Under the pieces are notes generated by a model. The model ran no database searches. It saw only the letters and a program-made list of their open reading frames with translations, and had not been told where the DNA came from. 64,000 bases of DNA, from positions 102,114,001 through 102,178,000 of the forward strand of contig NC_043003.1 in the NCBI RefSeq assembly GCF_006345805.1. Reading direction: 5' to 3'. Made by a program: the position numbers and the translations under genes. The stretch is from Octopus sinensis (Eukaryota). Below, one piece after another: positions 1 to 14,342 of the stretch (positions are counted from its first letter, which is position 1; every line of letters starts with the position of its first letter).

Positions 1-47
1 ATATAGGCATATATATATATATGTATATGTATATATATGTATATATA

Positions 48-88
<41 letters not shown>

Positions 89-252
89 ATATACATATAT
101 ATTATATATATATATTATATATTATAATATATATATGTATGTATATAGGTATATATATATATATATATATCTATGTTTATGTATATAGGCATATATATAT
201 GTATATATAATATATATATATTATATATTATATGGTATGTATATAGGCATTA

Positions 253-285
<33 letters not shown>

Positions 286-672
286 TGTAATATAGGCATA
301 TATATATGTATATATATATGTATATAGGCAATATATGATGTAATATATATATATATATATTATAATATATATATATATAGGTATATATATATATGTATAT
401 ATATATATGTATATATATATATGTATATATATATATGTATATATATATATGTATATAATATAGTATATAATATTGTATATATATGTATATATATGTATAT
501 ATATATGTATATATATGTATATATAATATATATATATATAATATTTATATATATATGTATATATAGGTATAACATAATTATCATATATATATTATATATA
601 TATATGTATATATATATATTATAATATATATAGTATATTATGTATATATAGTATATATATATGTATTATATG

Positions 673-703
<31 letters not shown>

Positions 704-729
704 GATGTATATGTATTATATATATATAT

Positions 730-760
<31 letters not shown>

Positions 761-768
761 GTATATTC

Positions 769-802
<34 letters not shown>

Positions 803-827
803 TAATGTATATATATCTAGATATATG

Positions 828-869
<42 letters not shown>

Positions 870-1110
870 TATGTATATAGTATATATATATATAGTGTAT
901 AATATATATATATATATATGTATATATATTATATATATATATATATATATATTATATAGATATTGTATATATATTATATATATATGTAATATATATATAA
1001 TATGTATATAGGCATATATATTATATGTATACATATATATGTATATAGGCATATATATATATATATATATATAGGTATAATTATGGTATATATATGTATA
1101 TATATGTATA

Positions 1111-1163
<53 letters not shown>

Positions 1164-1233
1164 TAATATATGTATATGTAATAAATATATATATATATGT
1201 TATATATATGTATATATAATATATATGTATATA

Positions 1234-1272
<39 letters not shown>

Positions 1273-1426
1273 GTATTATATATATATGTATATATATGTA
1301 TATATATATGTATATATATATATATATATGTATATATATGCGTATATATATGTATATATATATGTATATATATATGTATATATATATGTATAATATATAT
1401 ATATATATATGTATATTATGTATATA

Positions 1427-1466
<40 letters not shown>

Positions 1467-1608
1467 TGTATATGTATATATATATATATATATATGTATA
1501 TGTATATATATAATATGTATATGTATATATATATTATGTATATGTATATTATATATTATCTATATGTATATGTATATATATAATATGTATATGTATATAT
1601 ATATATAT

Positions 1609-1642
<34 letters not shown>

Positions 1643-1699
1643 ATAGTATATGTATATTATATATATATAGGTATATATATGTATAGATATTATATATAT

Positions 1700-1731
<32 letters not shown>

Positions 1732-2047
1732 GTATATAATGTATATATATATGTTATATATATATATGTATATAGGCATATATATATGTATTATATATAT
1801 GTATAATATATATGTATATAGGCATATATCTATGTTATAAGGCATATTATATGTATATAGGCTATATATATATAATATTGTATATAGGCATATATATCTA
1901 TATATATGTATATAGGCATATATTATATATATATGTATATAGGCATATATATATATATATTTATAGGCATATTATATATATATGTATATAAGCATATATA
2001 TATATATAATTATATAAGCATATATATATATATATATGTATATAAGC

Positions 2048-2084
<37 letters not shown>

Positions 2085-2106
2085 ATATATATATATGTAT
2101 ATAAGC

Positions 2107-2157
<51 letters not shown>

Positions 2158-2160
2158 AGC

Positions 2161-2217
<57 letters not shown>

Positions 2218-3060
2218 GGCATATATGTAATATATGTATATATATGTATAGCCTCGTCTGGCACCTGTGTCGGTGACACATAAGAAACACATCCGAGCGT
2301 GGCCGTCAGCCAGCCTCGTCTGGCACCTGTGTCGGTGGCACATAAAAAACACCATCCGAGCGTGGCCGTCCTGCCAGCGTCGTCTGGCACCTGTGTCGGT
2401 GGCACATAAATCACCCACTACACTCTCGGAGTGGTTGGCGTTAGGAAGGGCATCCAGCTGTAGAAATGTATATAGGCATATATATATGTTATATATATAT
2501 AGGCATATATATATATATGTATATATATATATATGTATATAGGCATATATATATATGTATATTATATATGTATATAGGCATATATATATATATATATATA
2601 ATATTATGTATATAGGCAAAAAAAAAAAATAGGCATATCTATGTATATATATATATATATATAGGTATATAGGCATATAATATATTATGTATATATATAT
2701 GTATATAGGCATATATATATATATGTAATATATATATATATGTATATAGGCATATATATATGTATATATATATATATGTATATAGGCATATATATATATA
2801 TATGTATATAGGCATTATATATATATATGTATATAGGCATATTATATATATATATATGTATTAGGCATATATATATATATATGTATATAGGCATATATAT
2901 ATATATGTATATAGGCATATATATATGTATATATATATATATATGTATATAGGCATATATATATATATATGTATATAGGCATATATATATATATATGTAT
3001 ATAGGCATATATATATATATATATGTATATAGGCATATATATATATATATGTATATAGGC

Positions 3061-3091
<31 letters not shown>

Positions 3092-3252
3092 TGTATATAG
3101 GCATATATATATATATGTATATATTAATATATGTATATATAGGCATATATATATATATGTATATATATATATATGTATATAGGCATATATATATATATAT
3201 GTATATAGGCATATATATATATATGTATTATATATATATATAGTATATAGGC

Positions 3253-3284
<32 letters not shown>

Positions 3285-3294
3285 GTATATAGGC

Positions 3295-3326
<32 letters not shown>

Positions 3327-3336
3327 GTATATAGGC

Positions 3337-3368
<32 letters not shown>

Positions 3369-3410
3369 GTATATAGGCATATATATATATATATATATGT
3401 ATATAGTCAC
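1..3410. repeat. Compound (TA)n satellite punctuated by TATG and TATAGGCA
   Basis: Direct inspection; source of the I/Y-rich spurious ORFs. Confidence 0.97.
2250..2466 (+). mobile_element. SINE-like fragment with ~60-bp internal tandem units, embedded in the TA satellite
   Basis: About three units of gcctcgtctggcacctgtgtcggtggcacataaaaaacaccatccgagcgtggccgtc, then ttaggaagggcatccagctgtagaaa; same family inverted at 47265-47590. Confidence 0.75.
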
Positions 3411-4676
3411 AGGCGTACTTCCCAAACGCATGGTTCTGGATTCAGTCCCACTGCATGGTACCTTGGACAAGGGTCTTCTACTATAACCTCAGACCAACCA
3501 AAGCCTTGTGAGTGAAATTGGTAGTTGGAAACTGAAAGAAGGCCATCAAATTGTGTGTGTGTCTTTGTTTCTGTGTTTGTCTCTCATGCTTGTTGGTGTG
3601 TTTAGCAGTTTGGCAAAAGAGACCAATAGTGCCAGGCTTAAAAAAATAAATAAGTACTGGGTTGAATAGTGCAACTAAAATTCCTCAAGGCAGTGCCCCA
3701 GCATGCCTAATGACTGAAACCAGTAAAACACACCTATACACCTTTTCCCCTTTTTTAAGCTTGAAACTAATACAACCTTTGTTAAAACTAGTTCCTCTTG
3801 TTTTGTCTTTTTTCTTTGCTCATTACCTGATATGTGTGTGTGTGTTACTGTCACAAGCATCACTGTTATACAAATGCTGTCCTTCATTTCCAATCTGAAA
3901 ATATGTCTTACTGCTGGGAAATATGATCTTAGTTGGAAACAGGTGAGGGTTAGCAACAGGAAGGGCATCCAGCCATAGAAAATCTGCCTCAGAAATTCCT
4001 TCTAATGCAAGTGAGCATTAAAAGCTATGAGGACAATGTTTGTTTATTGACCTCTACATGTATACAGCTTGCACCATTCACACACAACACACACGTACAC
4101 CCACCCAACCGACCCAAGTATTTCACTTAGCTTGCATCGAATCTCTTCCAATGGTTTTTTTTTAGTTGTTATCAACCAGTGACCTACATATTGGCTCCAT
4201 TTTATTCAAAGGCATTAGAAGCTAAAAGTAATAGTAGTATAACTCAAATAATCCAACCTGAACCATTCCACTACCGCTGTGAGCCACTACACTAAAGTAG
4301 AAATGGCTGTATTTATTGATATTTTTATGTATTTGTAAACATTCTGTAATTTTTGTTTAACCCCAGGCCTGCCATGATTGAGTAGACCTATGGTCAAAGG
4401 CATTCCAATCATAGCTATCACATTTTTTTAATATCTGCATCTACATTCTCATGTGTGTTCTTTTTTAAAAGATGGTTGAGTGTATGATTTGAGAAGGATT
4501 CTGCTGCTTGTTATTTCTAGCAGCTTAACCACTATTCACGGCATATACCAAGATGGCTGAGTGGTGATCCACATTTGTACTCCACTTTTATTCCCTGTTG
4601 ACATATCTCACTTCTTTTCAGTTTTATATGAAGTACAGGTGACATGTATATGTGTGTGTGTATAATCTCAGGTAGC

Positions 4677-4726
<50 letters not shown>

Positions 4727-5121
4727 CTATGTGTCAGTTCAGAGATGGAAGAAAAGTAACATTACCAGGTTAACTTACTCTTATGTCCTCACATTCTTTT
4801 GTTTCCCTTTGCTTTACATATCAATTCCATGATAAATAACCCTCAAAAACATGTTAATGAATGAGCCTCTATGTGGGCATTCAACCTGCTTGAAATAAAA
4901 GCCAAATTGCCCTCAAATCACACTTGACCATCTTCAAAAAGGATACATTGAATAATATGAACATGTCCCTTTTGTATATAAGATAAAGACAGAATGGTTA
5001 TGGTTGAAATATATCTTTGATCTTAGATCTGCTCAGTCAGGGCTGAACTGGGGCTAATCATCTTTGCTTAACATATCCAATTTATAACCATTGTTTTTTT
5101 TTCTGTTTTGTTTTGCAGGAC

Positions 5122-5203
5122 ATGAAAATGTTACTTGTGAGTTGTCGGTGTCTGAACGTACAGATCAGACTCAAGGGTGATGTCTTAGAAGAACAATATT
5201 CAG
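5122..5203 (+). CDS. AKT1S1: PRAS40 coding exon 1 ([27 protein letters not shown])
   Basis: Acceptor ttttgcag ends at 5118, ATG at 5122, donor GTAAGT at 5204; phase 1. Confidence 0.85.
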
Positions 5204-7336
5204 GTAAGTCTTGATCATGTGTTTACCTAATCCTTACAGTTGTTGCCTACTTCAATTCCATTTCCAATCTTTCACTCTCCCAAACTCTCTTGCAACTTCC
5301 TTCCACTCACTCTGTTGGTCCATCTGTCCCACTCACTGCTACCCACTTCACCTTGAGGATTTAACTTCTCATCATCACTAGTTCTATCTCTCACTGTCTC
5401 TTTTTCTTGCTCTCTATCTCTTTCTGTTTTCAGCCCCACCTGATGTCCTGCCCTCTATTTTAAAATGTGAGTGGTCATGTTGCTCCTGTACAGCAAAGAA
5501 TCCCATTCTGCTCTGGCCTGTTTTCCCAAACTTTCACTACTCATCTCCTACCTGTTACCTTGGAACTTGTAGTCTTACATATTGCATGCTAACCTCACAT
5601 GTTCTAATGACGCAAAAAATGCACCCAGTACATTCTGTAAAGTGGTTGGTGTGAGGAAGAGCATCCAGACTAAGGAACTATGCCAAAGAAGACTTTAGAG
5701 CCCAGTGCAGTCCTTGGACTCATCAGGTCCTGTCAAAAACCATCCAACCCATGCTACCATGGAACATGGACATTAAATATTGATGTGTGTATACAATCAT
5801 TGGCAAACTAAGATGACAATCTGGCAGAATCGTTTGGGTATTTGTACATTTTGTGTACAAATGCTGCCCTGGTTTAACTTTACCTCTCATCCCTCTGATA
5901 AAACAAAGTATCAGTCTGGTAGATTTCTGTGTGTATGTGCTTAATGAAAACGAAGGCAAATTACCTAACTCTAATTGAAGTCATATACATACAACTGTAT
6001 GAAGTCAATTAACTCTTAAATTGTAGGAAAGGTTACATGAATGTGTGTTGCAGATGGGCAAAAAACTAAAAAAAGCTTTTTCTTATGGGTCATTTTTATA
6101 CTTATTTTCACTTTATAAATAAATACAAAAATTATGTGCCATAAAATATTCACTTTCCTTTGCATCTAGTGTATGCATAAACACATTTGAGATTCTAACA
6201 TTGTTGCTGTCAAATGAAAGTAAAAATAGATAAAAATCAGTGGACTTTTTTTTCATCCAGAGTGGATGTCATCAATTAATATTTCAGTTGAGAACAGCAG
6301 ACGATATCAATTGATGTTTCAAAATTGTTAGAGCAGCCATCATCAATTGACACCTGAACATGTACTTCATCAAATGCACCTTATTGATGGGAGAAATTAA
6401 GTTGCACATGGAAGATTCATGCAGTGAAGAAGTTTTTTCTGATTTTCTTTCATCATCATCTGTGGTAGATGATGATACAGATGCTCTCGGCATCACAGAA
6501 TAAAGTGATGCTTCAACTAACTCTAGATGAAAAAAGTCCACTGATTTTTCTCCATTTCTACCTTCATTTGACAGCAACAATGCTAGAATCTCAAAAGTAT
6601 TTATGCTTATACCAGATGCAAAGGAAAGTGAATATTTTATGACACATTTTTGTACTTATAAAGTGAAAATAAGTGTAAAAATGACCCATAAGAAAGAAAG
6701 ATTTTTTAGTTTTTGGCCCATCTGCAACACACATTCATGTAACCCTTTCCTACAATTTAAGAGTTAATTGACTTCATACAGTTGTATGTATATGACTTCA
6801 ATTAGAGTTAGGTAATTTGCCTTCGTTTTCATTAATAACACACACACACATACACCTCCTAGACTTAACTAACTCTGTTAATCTCAGGTGTATATTTTAA
6901 TTATCTTTGTTAGACTCACGTGTCTAACAAAGGCTCTGGTATGTGTTACCTTAATTAGAACCAGTTATGTCTGTCTTTTTAATTAAATCTGGGTGTGACC
7001 CTACCACAGTTCTTAGGTGTATCAATCTCTCATTGTGACATGTATATGTCTATGCATGTGTAGATGTAGTCAGATTTATTTATCACTTTTAATTATTTTA
7101 ATTGTATCTGTAAACATAAGTATTTTACTAATTTCTTGTTATTCAAATATGTTTCTTTCCGGTTATCTTTGATAGATTCTTGTGTGTCTTGCCTCCCTTA
7201 TAATGAAAATAAGAAAATGATAGGCTTATGAAGAACTATATTTATGATGAGATAAACATGTGGTCTAATGACAGATGAACTGCAGTAGTTTTATATATAT
7301 ATATATATATACATCATATATATATATATACATCAT

Positions 7337-7392
<56 letters not shown>

Positions 7393-10300
7393 TATATATA
7401 TTATATATATATATATAGTTAATCCAAACATGAAAATGCAACGAGAAAACACAACAACGTGAGGACGTGGAACAAGTATAGTATATTGGACGTTCAGGAA
7501 AGAAGGAGGGTTTAACGTTTCGAGCGGAGCTCTTTGTCAGAAACATAGGAAAAGGAAAAATCCAAAGAAGGGAAGACAGAGGAAAAAAAATCGCCAACAG
7601 TACACATGCAGTCACATTTTGAAATCATATATCTTATATATCACATTTTGAAATTATATATATATATAATTGAGAAGTTTTAAAACTCATTGGTAAATGG
7701 TAACTAGAATAGCACTATGGCAGTGATACGTCAAAGAAAACTTGGGATAAAGTATTTATGTTACTGCAAAAATTGTAGAGCTGGTGGGTTAATGATTGTT
7801 GTGGTAGAAGTTATCTATAACTGAGGTAATTAGATACACCCTAAGAATTTTCTTATTTGCTGATTTTAAGAAGGCTCATGACCATAATCCCTGTAAAGTC
7901 TGTTGGAATGGAATCGGGAAATTTGACAGTTCAGCTTTTGTAGTACATATGGAGTATATATACTACTGAATAAGGGTACTTAAAGTAAAAGTTACATAGA
8001 ATAGTGTTTTGTATTATATATTTGGTTGGTTGAGAAGCAATGAGGCTGTTGTGATAGAATGATAGTTTAATAAATGAACCACTTCAGTCTAGTTTCTGCT
8101 TTTGTATGCTTATGATTTCTTTTGGTTGCTCCTAGTCTTGCTACATTACTTTTGTCTTTTCTTCTCCTTTCTTTGTTATCTATAAATTTAGAAACCTTTC
8201 TGGTTAATTATATAATTTTATTAGTTTTAGGGTATAGATTTTATTTTAGTGTTGCTCTCCACCGTTGTCCCTTTATGCTATTTATCACTTCCACCTCTCT
8301 GATTCATTCCTATTTCCCTTTATCTTCCCCAACAAACTGAGATTCATCATTGATCCACCTATGTTCACCATTCACTGCATTCATCACTATCCCCATCTCC
8401 ACTCCTTTTTTACTCTCCCGAATGTACCCACCCAGTCATCCTTAATTCTTTGTCTCTACTTTCTCTTATACCCATCTTCATGTACCTTGAGGCCCTGACA
8501 CCTCATATCCACCATACTTTCTCTCTTTCCAGCTTGGGTAGCCATGTATTTCCTCTACAATATGACACATGTACCTATCCCTCTATCATACTTCAACCTC
8601 TCAGCATCTGCATAGAACCACCTCTCTCATTACTATACCACCCACTGTGTCAAGGGTTCTCCACTTTCAAAGTACATGGTATCTCACTAGTGCTGGTGCA
8701 ATGAAAAAAGTACCCAGTACACTCTGTAAAGTGGTTGACATCAGGAAGAACACCTAGCTATAGAAACTATGCCAAAGCAGACACTGGGGCTCAGTGTGTT
8801 TCTCTGGCTTTTTAAATCCTGTTGATCCATCCAACCCATGACAGCATGGAATATGGAGTTTAAAGGATGATGATGATGATGATAGTGGTGGTGAGGATGA
8901 TGATAAAAATACATGAGTTGTGACTCTTTTCATTTGTCTTTAAAACCTACTTTAATCCAGTCAAGTGAAGACCAAGTTCTGCAGGTTACATCAATGTCTT
9001 GTGGTATAGGGGAAAAAAATAAAGTATTTTGCTCAAGGCCTTTTCACAATGATCAAGTAAGCATATAAGTTGTAGGATTATAATATGTTTTGTCACTAGT
9101 ATTGCACTGTGCCCATAGCTAACATGATTTCTACTTACTGATCCTTGCCATCTTATTTATTCAAATAGTTATTATGTATATTTTGTTGTCTTTGCAAAAA
9201 AATGAAAAAAAATATATCAAAGAACCATTATCTGGTAAAGCTATTAACAAAGTAACACCCAAAAGAATGAACCAGATCAACATGTCAGACAACTATAATT
9301 ATTTCTGAAGTCGTAATGTCTCCTGTCTCTTCATTGTGTCTTATTGGGTCACATGCTCTCTTGGTCATTTGTGTGATATATTTGCCATCTAATTCACATT
9401 TGTTTGCAAACACTTTTGTAATCCTTGTTTTATTATCTGTAAAACCACATGCTTGAGATGATACTTGTCTAAATAGGCAGTTTTTAATTTTGACAAGGAC
9501 TTCAAAGTTTCAGCTTGCTTTGCCTTTATCAGATAGTCTGATCTGACAAAAGCAAGCAAGCCAAACTCTGAAGTTACTGTCAATCTTTTCCTTGTAAAAA
9601 TTTTATAAACATGTAATGTACTCTACATTAAACTGAAGGATAATTTGAGTAATTCTTCAGTTTAATGTGATGTTGTTTTTATATATAACTTGACATACAA
9701 ATGTGTGTGTGTGTGTGCATGCATAGTAAGGAGCTGGGAAGACCAGAGTTGAAATGAGGATGTAGTACATGTGCAATAAGTTCAATGGATATATTGATTA
9801 GCAACAAAAGCCTTATAGAAACCACAAGCCAAAAAAAAAAAAAAGAATTAAGAACTTTATTCTGTTTTCTATAAAAAAAAAATGAAAAAAATGTTTAACC
9901 CTTTAGCATTCAAACAGGCCATATACAGCCAAAATATTATACCTGTTTTATGTTTAAAGTGGCCAGATCTGGCCTTTCACACCTATCTTACAATATCATT
10001 CTGAAAATAAATGATCGATTGTCAAAACAATATGAATGAATAAGCATTACATTCGACAGATTAATCTGAATGCTAAAGGATTACAAATGTGAATTAGATG
10101 GCAAATATATCACACAAATGACCAAGAGAGCATGTGACCCAATAAGACACAATGAAGAGACAGGAGACATTACGACTTCAGAAATAATTATAGTTGTCTG
10201 ACATGTTTATCTGGTTCATTCTTTTGGGTGTTGCTAAAGCATTACATTCGACAGATTAATCTGAATGCTAAAGGGTTGAGTTAAGGATTAAATATACAAG

Positions 10301-13300
10301 ATCTTCAAATTTGTCTGTCTGAGAATAAATTCTCTCTCTTTTGATGACATGTCCTGCTTGGGGCAAACCATGTTTCCCTATGGAGATGTCAGCTGTTTCA
10401 CCAATGGAGAAGTTCTCCCCGCACAAACACACACAAACACAATTTAAAATTTGAAATATTGGGTCTTCAAATAATTTTTTATTGGTTGTCTTCTTTTTGG
10501 ATATAAAATCCTTCTAGTTTTATTTTTTTTTTCTCTTTTATATTTCTTTTACTTGTTTCAGTCATTTGACTGTGGCCATGCTGGGGCACCACCTTCAACA
10601 ATAATGCCATTCCCAGTTTATTTCTGTTTCACACTTGAGACTAGTATTTGAAATTCTTATCAACTCTGTCCAGTTATGTGGTTAGGGTGTTGGGTTCACA
10701 ATCTTAATATAGGTTTGATTCATGGACTGGGTGAGGTGTTGTGTCCTTGAGCAAGCCACTTCATTTCACATTGCTGTAGTCTATCCAGTTGTAAATTAGC
10801 ACCAGCCAACTGCTGGTGCAGCTCTTTCTTCCTTCACTTATTACAACTGATGTAGATGCTCTCTGGTTGGTTTTTACAACCAAACAGACGCTCTCCCATT
10901 AGCATCTCAGCCATAGGATATTAGGGTGCATTCTTTTGTTTGGTGTATGTCACTGGCCCTTTCAAGGTAGGATAATGCCAATGTAGAATTGCCATTCTTG
11001 GAATTGTCATTGTCATAATGTTCACTTTTCCATGCTTTCGTAGGTTGGTTGCAATTTGTTGAGACTGATTTTCTACAGCTGGATGCCCTTCCTATCACCA
11101 ACCCTCACCTGGCTAGGCATGTTTTCATGGAAGATTGGGAATGAAGGTTACCACTTGTATAATGGTGATGCTCATTTACAACTATCATGCAATGTCAAGA
11201 TTGGAGACAGGAACACGCATATGCACATAGTGTATATATATGTGTGTGTTGATAATTACTCATACAGTAATAACCAATGTTCAAAGGATTCCTGTTTTAA
11301 TGACTTGTTTACATGTTCTGTGAAGCAGCTACTTTGAGAAGTTGGCAATGGTTTGATTTCTTTTTTTTTTTTTTCTATCTTTTATGTTTTCTAACGTTTT
11401 GGATTATTTTGCAGATTATCCACAGGAGATATCATCTTCGAAATTTGAATGTCTTCCTGAAAGTGCATTGGAGGCACCCATTTCTCTGGTAAGTTTCTCC
11501 ATTTGGCATCTGTATATGACACAGGCTTCCCTCTAGTTCACATCTACAGGGTGCAGTAGAAAAAAACCTCCCTCTCTTGTTTCTCTGCATTTCAGCTTGT
11601 GAAATTAGCTTCCTGTAGCTAATGTTTTACCAATTTTTCACTTACCATCATCTTTAGACTGGTGCACACCATGCATTTTACAGTTCAAATGTTTGTCAAC
11701 ATATAAAATATTAACTGAAGCAATACAGAATAAAATGCCAAACATACACAACTGAATGCTTAGAGTAAGATTTGAATCTGTGATCAGTAAGTTGGTTGTC
11801 CAACACCACATTCACTTTTCATTTTGTATCTTCTATGTTTGGTTGCAGTCAAATTGTCTAGAGAGCTATGGGCTCTCTCAGACTAAATCAATCACCTGAC
11901 ATTGCATGGATGATTGTGGAACACTGCCATTTAATGCTTAAGGAAATCTTTGATAGGTGGGGTGGGATATGTACTTAGAACTTCCTTATTTTGTGTGTTA
12001 TTGACTCAAATGATCTGGGTTTGTAATCAACACAGTGAAAGGTGTTTAGAAATAGATTTGGCTGTTGTAATAAGTCATGTGACTTAGGAAGTTACTGTGT
12101 TTACATTCTGCAGTGGGTCTTCACTTGCTTTTGAAGCTGACACCATAATTTGTTAAAAAAATAGCTACCAATCTACAAAACCCAATCTCACCCAATTTTT
12201 AATCCATTTTACCATGTTTATAATGATTGGTGGATAATGTTTGAAAATTTAGGCATTGAATACTTTGATATGTTTCTACATATCCCTGGGACAATTAAAC
12301 TTATCTAACCCGCATATAAACTCTGTTGCCTGTGGTTCATGTCAGATATCTGAATCAAGTAATAACATATATCTTGCTAGCATGACACAATGTATGTCTG
12401 TATGAATGAATGTGTAATTTTTCAGTATTTTTCCATTCTTTAGATTTTTTTAACAAAGGCTAACTAGTCAACTTGAACAAACCAAAACTGTCATGTTTTT
12501 TTCTCTTTTTTTTCTCTCTCTTTCACTGTTTGTCATGGTCTTATTCTGACTTTGTTCTGTCCTTGATAGAGCAAGTTTCAAATAACATTTGTTTTTTCAA
12601 TACAACATGGATATTGTTACTGCTTTAGTAGAAATTCATTGTAAAATTTTACTCTGGCAATTTCTCAGTTTTATCATTATGTGACCTTTTAAAGACTGAA
12701 TATATTCATTGCCAGTCCTTCCTCTACAGCAGGCTATAAATGAACAAGCTTAACATTGCTGAAACAACATTGTCATGACATTTAAGATGCTATAACTGCA
12801 TGTCAGATAGTGCAGCATAATTCTCAACATGACAGGAGTATGGCATGACAAAAAGCTAGGATTGTGCAGATTGAATCTAGTTGTCCAACTTATTGCCCAC
12901 AAACCATAGGCTTGTTTGAATCAGGACTGACCTCAAAATATACAACATTGACCTTTTTTGGTAGTTTCTTGTCTTTCAATTTCTTCTCCATTTGCCATAT
13001 TATTACCTTGAAACTCTTAGTCTGTGGGTATTTGATAGGAATGTACTATATCTTTCAAAAATAATTTAGGATATAAACACAATTTAATGGGTGTGAAGTT
13101 ATGGTTGCAAGACGACTGACCTTGTCATCATTTATTAGATTGATGATGATGATGATGATGATGATGATGAGCAACTTGGGTGGTGTTGGTAGTGATGTGA
13201 TATTTTGTACAAGACATTGTATGTATGTGTGTTCCTGTGTGTGTGTGTATAATGACATAGTTATCAGTTGTATCACGGCAATGAGTAATATGGTTTCTGT

Positions 13301-13582
13301 AGAGTCTGAACACTGCTGCTTTGTTCTTCTGGTAAGTTCTACAGAGGAAGTTTGGAAATGATTTACCACATGATAAAAATGACAAGTTAAAATAAAGAAG
13401 TAAATATTTTTGCAACAAAATACTTGTTTATACACAAAGTTACATCTATTTATGTGTGTATACATTCATAAGTATATACAACTATATAAGTGCATGTTGG
13501 ATATATGGACAGTGTTTGTACTTATGTGTTGGGAAGAGGTGTATGAATACACCTGTTTGGATAGACAAAGGTTCAACAGTTT

Positions 13583-13633
<51 letters not shown>

Positions 13634-14249
13634 TAGCAGTATCGCCTGGCGTTGCTCGGGTTTGTAAGGGAAATAACTATATAAGCATTTTTAGAGAGTT
13701 ATAGCCAAAAAATAGCAAAAAAAATGCATTGAAAATGGAGAAAAAAATGATGGTAAATTTTTTTTTAAATCGTAGACTCATCATAGACGCGCGCTAATAC
13801 CCAGAAGGGCTCGATATGAATCACGACTATAAGATAAGGTTAAACTGCACTGCAAAATGTGAGAGTAGTTAGGAATCTAAATCGTAGGAGACAGACACAC
13901 AACTTGACTTTTATATATAAAGATATATATATATAAGGAAGACATGTTCTTGTTTGTCTCCTGTCCTAGCTTGATTTACGTGTTTGCCACCACAACCTTG
14001 TCCTGTTTGTATTACCTATTTGACCCTCTGCAAAATCCCAAATTAATTTGTTTTGCGGGAGCAACTGTTGTATTGAAAGTGTATATTGTTACAAGACTAG
14101 AAAAACAGCCAACAACTTACGAAGGGTCGTTTGTTTTGTTTTTCATTTGTGTCTTTCATTGTTCAAAAGAATAGTTCATCTTCCATGTATTTGTGCTACA
14201 TACTTTTTTGTTGTACACGTTTCATGATGTCCAGTGCTCACATGTGCAT

Positions 14250-14342
<93 letters not shown>

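Noticed and set aside
2250-2410. Regular ~60-bp repeats resembling a CRISPR array
   Set aside because: Tandem units without unique spacers, part of a dispersed SINE-like family, eukaryotic context, no cas genes.
360-3486. Dozens of I/Y/C/V/H/T-rich ORFs here and around 21952-23418, 55072-57627 and 63127-63768
   Set aside because: Translations of (TA)n, (TG)n and (CA)n microsatellites; no splice or domain support.
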